A stretch of 59,802 nt of DNA, counting the filler, from Diploschistes diacapsis (lineage: Eukaryota), in assembly GCA_023645945.1 (NCBI GenBank). It is 10 parts of 10 records of this genome, joined end to end, with 100 filler letters (N's around TTAATTAATTAA, not from the genome) between each part and the next. Parts side by side here need not be neighbours in the genome. Positions count along the whole stretch, not along the records: positions 24,076 to 29,969 come from JALAIB010001466.1; positions 30,070 to 35,951 come from JALAIB010001467.1; positions 36,052 to 41,924 come from JALAIB010001468.1; 7 more parts are not named here. The stretch is one strand, 5' to 3'. Shown piece by piece: positions 27,111 through 39,488 of the stretch (the first letter of the stretch is position 1; every line of letters begins with the position of its first letter). The notes beneath the pieces were generated by a model. That model was not told where the DNA came from. It searched no databases and saw nothing but the letters and a program-made list of their open reading frames with translations. A program made the position numbers and the translations under genes.

Positions 27111-27784
27111 CTTCCTTCAAAACACCAATAAAACCAGTGATCTGTAGGAACACCAAAGGGAGAGAGCTCGTTCCATGTAGCTTGTGAAACCCACATTATG
27201 TACTTGTATGTCGCTCCATAATAGGAATTTGGCGGATCGGCGAGGATTCAGGCCCGCTTTTTAGCCTCAAGGAACGATAATCATTCTGCCTGATACCAGG
27301 CCTCAGCGATGGGGAGGAGGATATTAGCGAGTTCCAGGGTTAAGGCTGTCATTGGCCGGGAGGGAAGCTTTTTGCACTTGCGATAAGCTTTCAATACCAA
27401 AGGATAGCGTGCACAACGTACCTCTGAAGTAAAGATAGATGTGTCGCAGATGATGGTATGGCCCACTCCCCTATTGTCACGGTGTCACTGGCTTTACGTA
27501 CAGGCCAGTTCCAGGCTAGTCCTGGTCTACAACCTATCGGTGTTGAAATGTTAGCCCGTCTTACATCCTTGGGCTTCTGACCAGCTGTAACAGAACTCAA
27601 GTCATGAACAGATTTCATACGTGCTAAAACTTGCTGGCCCTCACGCTTGACGCCTACAGTAACATGCCCAGCAGTCTGTCCCAAACATTATAGTACAGTT
27701 CTATACGTGGAAATATCGCCCTTACTCAAGCCTTTTCAACTTCAAGCAGTCAAGAACCCCCACATACCCTCAAAGAGAATACTC

Positions 27785-28790
27785 TCAAAATCCGGGTTTG
27801 CTCTCCTTGTACGGATATCCCACCCTATCGTCCTTCCTTATGAAAATCTTCCTCTTCTTCTTCGTGACCTGATGCTCGACCCACACCTCCTTCACGTTAT
27901 CGGCGGCAAATTTGCGTATGAAGCGTGGATCCCACAGCTCGCTCGCGACACCTAGATCCTTGCAACAACGCAGGAGGGCGTTCGACTTGCAGCCTTCCGA
28001 AGCCGTTGGGATGCCTTCGGGCGAGAAGTAATCTTGTTCTCCGCGTGCAACAGACACAAGTCTAACTGAATATTAACCACATTCTCTATAGAACAGGCCG
28101 CATCGTATTAGAAAAGTGCACACATACCGTCCAAGCGCAACAAGCGCATACTCCCTCGTAACTGCCTTGCTCGTAACAATCGTCTCTCCCCTCGGCGCGA
28201 GACCCCATCCTCCCGGTCCGAACGCCCTGTTCAGTATCCTCCTGTACTTAATCTCCGGTAGGTAAAGAATGCCATCGGGTTTCACCTCCACGTCTAGGGG
28301 ATCTATGGGCTGGAGTAGCGCATCTGCGGCTTCCTTTGGGAAAGCAGCTTGCGAAAGACCGTGGAAGGAACGCGACCAGTCGACCTGCTTCTCGCCTTCA
28401 TCGAGGATAAGGGGTTGGTCGTTGAAGCCAGCAGAAAGGTCGGGTAGTGACTCGGAAGGTTGCTATGGGGGATAGTCAGCACCAATTGGCACGACAGTGG
28501 AAGAAGGTATGTAGCAAACGCACGGAAGTGGTGTTCTGCGCTGTTCGATCTGCAAAGCTTGCTTGATAGCTCCGAGTTGTCGATCCTATGCTTCGTGTAT
28601 GTGTGCGATATCTTTTTGGGGAACTGGAGAAAAGAGTCTCGCGGAGGCTGGGAGGCTTGTGGGCGCTTTCGCCCAACCGGCGGTGGTGATGTTCTCGCGG
28701 GAGAGCAGTACTAAAGGAGACGGAAATGTTCTTCGAGGTTCGCGATATCTCAAGACACCATGTTGATCTTTTAAATATCAAGGTAGCCAT
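27785..28790 (-). CDS. MGM101: Mitochondrial genome maintenance protein Mgm101 (Rad52-like annealase)
   Basis: [76 protein letters not shown]. Two introns, and a presequence-like first exon. Confidence 0.95.
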
Positions 28791-29324
28791 GGTAAAGGTG
28801 ATTGAGAATTACTGGAGACTTTGAGCGGCGAATGATCGGATATCCCGCCTGTGCACATGCACAGCTCTCTAACCCGTGTTCAACTGCTAGTTTAAACTTC
28901 CTTTTGCTGCAGCTGATCGTATGAGCTGCTGTTACACGTTACTAGTTGAATTAGGCTAACATTGTACAATATACCACATAGAAGTGGCCAATTATAAACC
29001 TACCTGAGAGATTTACCCTGTGTTCAGAATTTTCAAACTTGATGGTTCTCAAAGGCATCAAACATGCAGCACATTTAATTGAATATCTTTGGAGCGTAGA
29101 TGTGCTAGTGTCTTATAAAGTAACAGGAGACTCCTTGAACCCTTACCTGCCGGCCACAGAAGAGCTCAAAAGATGCTCACATCAATCAGAAGATAATTCT
29201 AAAAGTTTGGGGGAGAGCTTCAATTATTACAATTTCATGTTTTAATTGGTTGAATATGGCCATGAACAGGTGGAAGAGTTCTTAGGTGCGTAAATTAGTC
29301 TTAATATTGCTTGACCTCACTCCT

Positions 29325-29895
29325 TCATTCAAACAATCTCTTCACTAAACGGCCCGTTGAGTTCAGATGCCGTGATGAAGTAGAAGACGATCTTCGAGTT
29401 CGAGCGGCGCTCACGGTTGGGCTCTCCACCACCGAAACACAACACGATGTCCGGTTTCTCGCGGCCCCCATGGCTGAACTCTCTGCCACCTCTGGTGCCT
29501 GTTTCCGTTTCTTGATGGCATGTTTGGGTGGCTCGAAGTAGAAAGCAGGTAACATAGGGATCATGCCGATCTTGCTGGCATCTTCTGTTACTTCGGCTTC
29601 TAGATAAGGAGCATCTGCGCCACTCTGGATGGCGTGAGCTTCGTCTTCCTTTAGTAGCAAATAGCGCTCCGTGAGAGCAAATCTGAACCCATTTGTTGTC
29701 ATGTTCGAATTGTTCTTTTGCATGTTCAAATTGCTGTGTAATTTCTGCAACTTTTGCATCTAATCCTTCCATAGACTTTCGTTGCTCGTCAGCTGCTTCG
29801 GCGTTAACGGCGTTGCGTTTGTGATTCTCCAGGGCGATTCGGGAGCACCACCTGCTCCCCATCCCATCCATATAAACCTCGTAGGGCTGACAATT
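29325..29895 (-). other. Orphan coiled-coil coding fragment, apparently 5'-truncated
   Basis: Two overlapping ORFs can be joined by a weak 40-nt intron (29649-29688) to read ..AEITQQFEHAKEQFEHDNKW|EDEAHAIQ... The open frame runs up to an AT-rich block. No family recognised. Confidence 0.35.
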
Positions 29896-29969
29896 AATCT
29901 ATATATACGTTAAGTTAGGTCCTATATATATTTATATATATATTTTTTTAAGTTATTTAGAATTTATAT
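29893..29969. repeat. AT/TpA-rich block at contig end, probable edge of a RIP-degraded repeat
   Basis: Abrupt switch to TATATATA/TTAA-rich sequence. It is the most strongly AT-rich contig end in the window. Confidence 0.55.
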
Positions 29970-30069
29970 NNNNNNNNNNNNNNNNNNNNNNNNNNNNNNN
30001 NNNNNNNNNNNNNTTAATTAATTAANNNNNNNNNNNNNNNNNNNNNNNNNNNNNNNNNNNNNNNNNNNN
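29970..30069. other. Artificial contig linker
   Basis: N44-TTAATTAATTAA-N44. Confidence 0.99.
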
Positions 30070-32154
30070 CCTCTCCCGACTCCCATCTCTCCCCCCACCA
30101 TCTGTCCCCAAAAGCACACTGTCATTCCTCCTTACGCCCTCCACCTCCCACCATGCCTTCTCCCTCCCGTCCCTCCTCGACAGACTCATCTTCCTCCTCC
30201 TCTCCTTCTCCGCCCTAACCTCTTTTGCAAGACTCAGCTCCACATCTCTCCTCAACCTGGCTACTCGCGCTTCGGCGACCATCTCGCCCTTGCTCTTGCC
30301 GCCTTTCGCGGTGGTTGTCGCTGCCGAGGCTCGCAGGGGTAGTGGAATGGGGAGAGGCAGGGCGCTGCGGGTTGTTGTCGATCCCCTTGTCCCGGCGCCG
30401 AAGTTGCCGGAGCCGCCGCAGCCTCGATGGCCACCGGCTGTGGTGATGGTGGAGCGGAAGGAGAAGGTGGAGTGTATGCGGGGGATGGTGAAGCAGGAGG
30501 AGGGCTTTTCGGAGGCTCTTGTTGGGATTTGCGAGTCGATGGGTCCCGCAGTACCGGGTGATGGTCGCGGGCGCCAGAACGCCCATTTCTTCGCGGCTGG
30601 TGCCGGGTCGGTGTCGTCGACGGCTGTCGGACACTCGCTGTCCCTGGCGTTGCTGCTGGAAGGATGGCGGATGTAGCGCCACGGTGTCTCTCGCGTGGAG
30701 AAGATGAAGGCGTCTACGGCACATTGAAGGGCGAGGAAAAAGGTGGATGCGCAGGCGAGGTCAAAAAGGGGGCGCGCGGCAACGTTGTCCCAGTAGAGCG
30801 ACAGGTGCTGGGCAAGAGGCACCAGCCAACTGACGAGGTAGACGACGGGATAGATGAAGAGTAAACGGAGCTGGCGCTTGATGGCCGTGTGACGCATGCG
30901 CATCCCTTCTGCCGTGACATATCGGCCGTCCGGACGTTCCGGGAGTGTGGGTCGAGGAGTTCGAGCGGGAGTGACGGGGGTAGAAGGCATTGTAGGCCTG
31001 ATGTCAGCGCTCCGAGAGGTTGCCTTGGCGGGTGAGGATGGCGTCGTGATAAAATCGGGCCCTGTGTCCCCAAGGGCTTGGGTGAGGCTGGCGACAGTTG
31101 GGCTTGTGTTAGCGACAGCCGTCCCGCCGTCGGAGCAAGAAGATGGCTTGGACTGCTTTTCGCGAATGGCTTGTGCAGGGATCGGCGCTGCATCGTCGTC
31201 TTCGGAAGATGGAGTCGGTTTCTTGGGGTTGCCGAAGGTATAGTTCTCCCAGGCTGGGCCATTCGACGCTTGACACGGCGAATCGTCCCTGTATACGTTC
31301 TCACTATCCAATCCTGCATTAACTGGCGTCGTCGGCTGCGATCTCGAGCCCCTTCCCGACGGTCCGCCTTCGGTGGCTCCATCGGCCAAAAGACTTGTCG
31401 AAGCGATCCTAGCGTGATTCGGCCTCGGCTGCGATATCGAGTGCCATGTCCTGTGGTCCGACGGCTGCTGATGAGAGCCATCCGAATCCAAGTCGAACTG
31501 TTTGAACTTTGCACCGACGAACCAGTATATCCTAACGTAAAGGAAGCAGATTGTCATGAAGATCAAATAACGGGGTATCCAAGCAAGGCCAAGCCTGTAC
31601 CAAAAGGGCCTGATGGGCAGATAGCAAAAGGCGCCTTGGTCGATGTAGGCTCCGCCCTGCATCAGCGCCAAGCCAGCCATGAGGGTCGGAATAAGGATCC
31701 ACAGAGCGTAAACGACATGCCGCAGATTATACAGACCAGACTCGCCTGGTGATGTTCTTGGCTTGAAGATGCAGAGGGCCGAATGAATGGCGATGATCAG
31801 AATAGCGAAGTCGGAAGCTTCAATGCCGAAGGCGAGAAGGAACCCGCTCGCTTGGCAAAACCTGTTGTTCGAGGACCCTTGATGGCCGGCAACGCCGACG
31901 GCGGCAGGTATAAAATACCATATCGCTTTGAAGAGGTCGGAGCAGATTAATAGGATGATCAGATGGTGTCGAAAGTGCGTTCGCATGCGGAAAAACCAGT
32001 ACAGACTGATGGCGCCAGCGATGATGCTCACGCTGGAGGCGACGATGGAGATGATCTGTTGTGCCAGTCGCTGCTGCTCAGTGAAATCGTTACCGGTAAG
32101 AACGGCAGAGCTCAGACCCCGTTGGTGCAGCGATGGATGCACGTCCAGTGTCAT
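30070..32154 (-). CDS. Git3/Gpr1-class carbon-sensing GPCR, 3' end truncated
   Basis: FRHHLIILLICSDLFKA, FCQASGF, IAIHSAL, GAFCYLPIRPFWYRLGLAWIPRY, a long third intracellular loop, and Git3_C motif IKRQLRLLFIYPVVY. Intronless. Confidence 0.92.
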
Positions 32155-33304
32155 CTTGACCGATGCTGCGAGTCAGCCACAGACGGCACGGCAGAAGGAA
32201 GGCACTGGAGCGGCGCTTGAGCGATGAAAGCAACAACTGGTCGATAGCCATGTATCTAAGAAACACACAAATGTTATGAAAGCTCCATCGTTACAGCAAT
32301 GTGCGATGGCTTGGCACTAGGTTGGTGAGCGACTTTGAGAAGCTCTGACGTTCGTGGCCAGCGAAGGACCCAAGCTTAGGGTGGGATGCGGAACAGATCA
32401 CTGGTTATGGGTCCCAAAATGATGAAAAAAATAAGGGAATATAGCATTTATAACACGTGCAAGCGCATGTTGAAATTTGGAATAAGCAAGGGGAGAGAGG
32501 AGAAGAAGAGGAAACAAAACGAGACAGAGAGAAGGGAAATGGCGGTAGAAAGGCATCACGAGAATGACAGGACAATGATGGCGAGAATAATAGAGTTCAC
32601 CTGCCCGGAGTCGTCAGTCCGTATGGCCTTGTATGCATGCAGATCTCGTCCAAATGGGCAGTGTAGGCTACACTCAAAGCGGATCATCTTTCTTTAGTAA
32701 TCCATGAACAATGGGGGCATATCCGATGAGCAAAGGAATGTATGTGGGTACTAGTTCGCAAATGAAGATGCCACTTGTGCCAGGCGATGCAGATCATGCC
32801 TTGTTGACTCTATCATCGGCGACTTGACAGGAGCTTGGTTGAATGGCGATGATCCAATGAAAATGGATGCTGGAGTATTGAGAAAGCATATGCATATGCA
32901 TGCAAGACGTGGAGATGGGTGGTGGTGGTGGTGGTGGTGAAGGAGACTTGAAATGGGAAGTGGGAAAATATATAATATATAACCTCGGTACTACTTTGTA
33001 GGGCTTTGAGCAAATCCTTTCGCTTATCTGCACGTGATCCCACCTCATCTTGGGCCGAGAATTCAAGTTCAGTTCCGGTAAGTAAGTGAGGTTAAGGAAG
33101 AGCAGCGAGCTCGAGAGGAGGCTGGCTACCTTCGGGGCATACAGGCGAAAGCTGTGGTTGTTTGTGTTTGGCTTTGGCTTACCGATATTTGGCGCTTAAA
33201 AGTGAGCTGGTAAGATCAACGAAAGGGCTCGCCTGCCATCATGTCGAGCCAGAGCTAAAACAGGCTTTAAAAGGAGATCAAATATTGCTGCCGCCAAAAC
33301 CCTA

Positions 33305-34615
33305 TCAAACGAAATCATTCGGCACGGGGCTGGGCTTATCCTTCTCCCGACTCGCCTGCCGGTCGTGCCCATCGTTCCACATCCCTCGCGCATGCCCGTC
33401 ACGCATGTGCGCATTGTCCATCACCCTCAGTTCTTCTTCGCCCCAGTTCTCTGCACCATGGCCGGGTTTCGGTACCCCTGTCCTGCTGCGCCATAACCCG
33501 TTGCGCTTCGCAGACGACTCGTTAACATAGTCGTATCCTCCTCCCTTGGCCTTCCTCGATTGCTCCTGTCCGTAGAGGGAGCGGAAAGCCGTCACCGACA
33601 CCATTACTATGGCCACGCAGGCTTCCATGGACTGCCAGAAAAACAACCAGGTTGTGTCCGGTATCGTTTCTCCAGTCGCAGTTGGCATCTGACAGAGTGC
33701 GAATCGGACACAAGCAATGGCAATCATGAATATCGAGAGGCAGAGGACAGCGCCGAGCGCAAGCTTGCGTCTCAGCTCGAGCCGCACTTCGCACAGAAGA
33801 ATGCACGGAATGGAGATGACTGGCGCAGGGGGGTCAGTCGCGCCATAGAGCGGAGTAGAAGGAAATCATACTTAAAAGGTCAGTTGCGACATCTAACGCT
33901 GTCGTAAAATCAATTAAAATCCGTTCGTGTACGATGATGTTCCCGTTGTAGACGCAGTATGCTAGCGGTTGTCAGAGCGTAAGAGATACCGGTGGATTAC
34001 CGACTAACTAAAGAAGCTCATGTCATAATGAGAACACACCCAGAAAGCCATGAGAATGCTAACTAGTCCGGACGGGATTAACACCGCAATGACGATCCAC
34101 CACCACTTCTCCAACATTCGAACTCTCGAGATCAGGGGTCGGAAGAAAAGCATGTACGAAAATTTGACGGCGAAGATGGTCGACCATTGGAGGAATGATT
34201 CGGCAGTATTGAGCTTGGTGTAGAGAAGCATGTCGGCAGGGAAATCCGGTGACGGAATGGCAAGGCCAGAGGAGACATCCATCTGGATGTAGTCAAGATT
34301 GCGGGCAGCTTGAGTGACGCCGCAGCTGGCAGCGAAGAGGATGACGGCGGCGATAAGGAAGGCATCATCGGCCCCAATGCGGTGGAAGGTGCGAAAACGG
34401 AGGAAGAGACGAGATCCGGCGACAATGACGGCTATGCCGAGGAAGGTGAAGAGAGAAGCCTGTCGAAGTCAGTGACATAGTCGCTGGTCACGACCGTTCC
34501 AATCGCGTACTGTAAGGGCAGCTGGCCCAATCCTGTAATTTGTGGAGAAGCTAGAGTCACTCGCTACTGGTGGCATGCCGTTTTCGCCAGGGGGCATGTT
34601 GCCACTCGATGCCAT
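33305..34615 (-). CDS. PTH11-like (fungal rhodopsin-domain) 7-TM protein without CFEM
   Basis: RLFLRFRTFHRIGADDAFL, WSTIFAVKFSYMLFF, LDVATDLLIISIP, LELRRKLALGAVLCLS, WQSMEACVAIVMVS. Three introns with canonical signals. Confidence 0.88.
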
Positions 34616-35492
34616 GATTGAAAGCAAATGAAGTTCAAAATACAAGTGCCGTAAAGGAAAGAAGATATCCAAAGGAGAAAAGGAGGTTTACGTGCCCGAA
34701 AATTCAACTTGCATTCACAGGGGACATGACAATAGCACGGCAAAGCTTGAGGAAACTACCGAGTCCGACAAAAGAGTTCCAACAGGAATAGAAAGCAGAA
34801 TAATGGAGCACACACTATCATCTTAAAGTTGTTGGTACGGGGGATCATGCGTGCTGCGGTGTGCGGGTGCTTAAAGGATCCGAAAGGGTCTCTCCTACTC
34901 TAATAGAAAAGTTCAGCACCGCTTGTAAATGCCTTAATAACGTCGCAGTCGACGCACCTTAACTAGCGTGCCCAGAGCATGTTGGCCACATATAACAGCA
35001 TCGCGATAGATATAGAAAATAATATAAAAATAATATAAGGTTGAAAATGCTAAACCTAAAATAATTGACAGCATTTTCAACTACGGTACGCTACTAAGGC
35101 ATTTACAAGGATACTGAAGCTCTCTGATGACGGACAGTTTCACTATCTCACTATCCTTGCTGTCTGACGGCAGGATGGAGGACATGCAAGTCAATTGCAT
35201 GGCATTTGTCTCCTAGAGGCGGGCTGCTGCAATTGACAATACACGGGGTGTATATAGGTGTGTATATGGGACGTACTGGGACGTCACATCACAGAGAAGC
35301 GGCTACGGAAGGTTGGTCTTTCCGGATCAGCAAGGGGTGTCGTAAAACACGACTACCCAGTACCTGGTATCCAGGACCTAGGTACCTTTGTAGATAGTCA
35401 GATAGTAGTAAGAAGCGACATCCGGATGGGTTTAGTTCCGAATCCGTCAGAAGGCGCCAAAGCGAGTGCCAAGCCTTTCCCATTAAAGAATC

Positions 35493-35520
35493 TTAGATAT
35501 TATTAGATATTATTAGATAT
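35493..35520. repeat. (TTAGATATTA) tandem repeat, about 2.8 copies
   Basis: Read directly from the sequence. Confidence 0.85.
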
Positions 35521-35951
35521 CATTATTGCTTCCTCTTCCTTTGACTGTGCGTTGTTAAAGCCTCTCGCCATTCAAAGAACATCCAATCCCAATGCAATTG
35601 AACCGGACGGGTCTCTGTCGAGATGGACGGGCTGTATCCGTATAACGTAATCGACCTTGAAGCTAGGAGCGAACATTAATTAAGCTTTGAAAGAAACCAG
35701 ACCTTTCGCGACTAAAGTTATCCTAATGCAAAAAAATAATCTGGCGGTGTAGCTAATGCGGCGAAAGCTCGAAAGACGCATACCTAACAAGCAGGCCATC
35801 AGGTATATATCCAAATAGTACACAAGTAAAGGAGTTCCAGTACCTCAGGCAGCAATTGGACATTCCAGCTCCAGCCCTACAAGGTACAGTATCAAAAAAT
35901 ACCCTCCATTATCATTAACCCCCCAGAGCCCCAAGCTAGCCACCCCCCTCG

Positions 35952-36051
35952 NNNNNNNNNNNNNNNNNNNNNNNNNNNNNNNNNNNNNNNNNNNNTTAAT
36001 TAATTAANNNNNNNNNNNNNNNNNNNNNNNNNNNNNNNNNNNNNNNNNNNN
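35952..36051. other. Artificial contig linker
   Basis: N44-TTAATTAATTAA-N44. Confidence 0.99.
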
Positions 36052-38853
36052 GCGCACGTCCGCGGGAAAGGACACGTAGACCTGCGCCACGTCCTGGGCC
36101 GGGCGCGAGCCCGTGTTGGCGATGGTGAAGGACACGAGGAGGTGCTCGTCGTACAGGGAAGGGTTGCCGCCCGGGGCGCCGCCCGCGGGGGAAGGCGGGT
36201 GGGGGTGAGAGGCGTTGCTGTAGCCGTCCGGGTACGGGTAGCCGGGCTCCTTCCTGACGTCCGCGACGGAGGAGAGGTACGGGTAGATGCGGTTCTTGAC
36301 CCGGTGGAAGCCCGGCGGGAACAGTGCCGCCGCAGGATCGGGCAGCGGGCTGTCGTAGGTCGGCGGCTCGGCGTCCGGGGGCGGGCGCGGGTCCGGGAGC
36401 GCGGACTTGGGCTTCAGCGTGGTGAGGCGCAGGTCCGAGTAGGCGAAGGAGGCGTAGCTGAGGCCGAAGCCGAAGGGGAAGCGCGGGGCGATGGCGTGCG
36501 CGTCGAAGTGCCGGTGGTCGATCAGCAGGCCCTCGGTGAAGTCCTGCTGCACGACGACGGCGTCGGGATAGTATTTGACCCGGCCGCCGGGCCCGTAGTC
36601 GGCGAGGGATTTGCCGATCGTGTATGGCAGGCGGCCGCCCGGGTCGGCGTCGCCGAAGAGGACGGAGGCGAGCGCGTTGCCGGATTCTTGGCCGGGGAGG
36701 TGGGCCCAGAGGACGGCCTTGACGCCGGGGATGTCGATCCAGGGTTCGAGGAGGGCGGGGCCGACGGCATGCACGATGACGATGGTGTGGCCTTGGCCTT
36801 TGCCGCAGGAGCGCGCGACGGCTTGGACGAGGGCGTCGCCGTTCTTTTGGATGGAGAGATCGGGCCGGTCGCCGGCGACGTTGGACCATTTGATGTAGCC
36901 CTCGCCGGAGTCGGAGTTGACGAAGACGAGGCAGAGATCCTGGCTGGCGATTGTGGCGCTCGCGGGGATGGAGTTGGTGAGGTGGGAGGTGATGTTGACG
37001 TGCTTGTGGTCGAACTCGGCTTCGAGGGCTTGGAAGGGGTTCACGAGGTAGGGGAACTCGACGGCTCCTTGTGTAAGGATTAGTTGTATTTCCCCATGAG
37101 GCGAACGTATATCGGACTTACCGCTTCCCCAACCCGAGGCCAATGTCCCTTGGTTGCATCCTCTGTCCTCGCAGTGATTCGGGCCCTCCCCTGGCCCGGC
37201 ATCTTCTCCGAAAATCCCGACATTGAACTTCATCCCCGGTGGCGGAGTTCCAGAGAAGCCCTTCCGACTAAGAGGCAGTATATTCTCTTCGTTTTTCAGA
37301 AGCACGGTAGCCTCGATTGCTATTTCTTTGACAAGATGCCCATGGAAGTCCTTGCCGGTTCCCTGGACATCCACAAACTTGTTGACGAGTCCAGTAACAT
37401 TCTCGCCGCTGTAGTGATGCAGCTTGCCAATCTCATCGTTCGTCCAAGAGGAAAAGTTGGGACCGCCGTCGCCTTCTGGCGGTGGACGCGGCCATTTCTT
37501 CTTATCGTCTTGGCCCAGCTGATACCACGCAGCAACAATTCTGGTTACCATATCGTCCAACCGCTCCATAGGCAAGGACTCGTTCAAGGCACCAATCGTA
37601 AGCTTTTCACCCCAAAGCGAATCGCCATTCAACCAGAACTTGCCATCTCCCGGCATGTCCATGTCCAGTCCCGCCAACGCACTCGCAATTCCACTGCGTT
37701 TTGCAAGCCAGTCCGACTGAATATACCCCTGGAAGCCCATCTCGTCCTTGATGAGGCCGTTCATAAGCTTGCTGTTACCGCACGCATACGAGTTGTTGAC
37801 CTGATTGTAGCTGCACATGATGCTAGCAACACCGGCGCGGATACTCTCCGCAAATGGCCAAGCATAGAGCTCATGCAGCGTTCTGTCATCGATGTTGCTC
37901 GAGATGGCATGAGGGATCCCCCATTCGAACTGCTGCCGGAAGTGCTCTTGCTCTTGGCCAACAAGATGCTTGGCCGTTGCCTGTACTCCCTCATCTTGGA
38001 TACCCCTGATGGTTTGGGCCGCCGCAATCCCTTGCAGAAATGGGTCGGCGCCGAAGCCTTCCCAGTTCCTCCCTCCGGCGGGCATGCGGCCCATGGGTCC
38101 CATGGAAGGACCCAGAAGGACGTTCACGCCCTTGAGACGGGCTTCCTTCCCATGTGCGCGACCTCTTCGGTACATCAGGTCCCGGTTCCATGTCGCTGCA
38201 ACAGTGATGCCGGCAGGGAAAGCAGTGATGTGGTCCGCAAAGCGTATGCCGAGAGGCCCGTCCTGGAGACACAGCGCAGGGAAACCCGCATGGATGGCGG
38301 GGCCAGTGTTGCCGACGCAGAGGTCGTTGCCCCTTGGGCAATCAGCGATTGCTTCATATACGTGCAAAGAAGCTTACGGACCATCCGACGCCGGTCGTGA
38401 TATTGACCTTCTCCATCAAGTCCATCTTCCGCACCAGAGCCGCAGCTTTTTGGTAGCTTTCGGCCCATGAACTGTGCGTGCCTCCACGGGGCGTTGGATA
38501 CCCTACTTGCATCTTCAGCCAGGTTCTGCATGCATCTCGTGGATCTTACATGGCGGACTCTGTCCGGTAGGGGGATCAATCTGGTACACGAAGTAGGCCG
38601 AGCCCGCAATGGCGCCTACGATGGCAAGTAGAACGAGTAGACTGATGCACAGGCCCCTCCTGCCAGGCCATCGTAACGTGAAGCTGTCCGAGCTTGGCTT
38701 CTCGTACGCGCGGACTGCAGACTGTTTCTTTTCACCTCCGACCAAGCCTGCAGACTCATCCTCCGAGTCACCGTCTACGGAAGGTGGAGGAGACTCGGTG
38801 GTGTCGGCTCTCAGCAGAGCCTGCTTGCTTTCATCGCGCTTTTTGGCAGGCAT
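36052..38853 (-). CDS. GH3 beta-glucosidase, membrane-anchored BglE type, 3' truncated
   Basis: Cytosolic N-terminus, TM segment ([19 protein letters not shown]), [27 protein letters not shown], nucleophile motif [17 protein letters not shown], FnIII-like start. Introns include an in-frame 54-nt intron at 37068-37121. Confidence 0.95.
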
Positions 38854-39488
38854 TTTGCGAGGAATGCAACGACGGCCTCTTTGCACTTAGCGCTTAGGGA
38901 ATCTTCTTTCGGCTTTTTGTAATAGAGGTGTTCCCGCATCCAAGCTATTTTTTGCGAACGAGATAGGTTTCCTACGATTCCATGGTTTCTCGTGCCAGGG
39001 ACGGGGGATGACTTCTCAGAGGTTGCACGAATTGCTCGCCTATTTCCAATCTTAAGTTTTCTTCTTACCACTAGTGTCCTTGGTCTATGACAATGCTAAA
39101 TATTGGAACGGCTTCCTCACTTCGTTGGCAGTGGTTTGGCATAGACTACGTGTAGCGAACCTTATGGTTTCCATGTGCATACCATTCAAAAGCAATATGT
39201 AAGCTTCAAGAGCGGCCATACAACATCTTTATTGTATGAATGCAATAGTTGCTGAAGGCCTAGCTGCAGCCGCGTTCGTCAATCATAAGCCCTAAGCTAA
39301 TATAGCTTGCACGCATGGACAAGAAGCTCTGGGTAAAAAGATATGCATCCTGCCAACGCCGGGCCTTTCCTTTCCCATGTGCCAGGTATTGTAACTCCAG
39401 CAAGCACCGCCTACCGACCCATCACCAGCATTTCCGATATTAGAGACATGACGGGTGAGAAACTTGTCGACCGAACTGGATCCAGAGC

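Noticed and set aside
12061..34615. Apparent cAMP-signalling cluster (PDE1 plus GPCRs), or a mitochondrial cluster (PPR plus MGM101)
   Set aside because: The genes are on different, unlinked contigs.
35124..35167. CTGATGA ... CTGA, suggesting a hammerhead core or box C/D snoRNA
   Set aside because: No stem II-GAAA follows, and 44 nt is too short for a C/D snoRNA.
36142..38400. Long antisense and alternative-frame ORFs over the GH3 gene (similar ones over GFA1, PPR, PDE1 and TAF4)
   Set aside because: Shadow ORFs caused by high GC3 and stop-codon scarcity, with no independent motifs.
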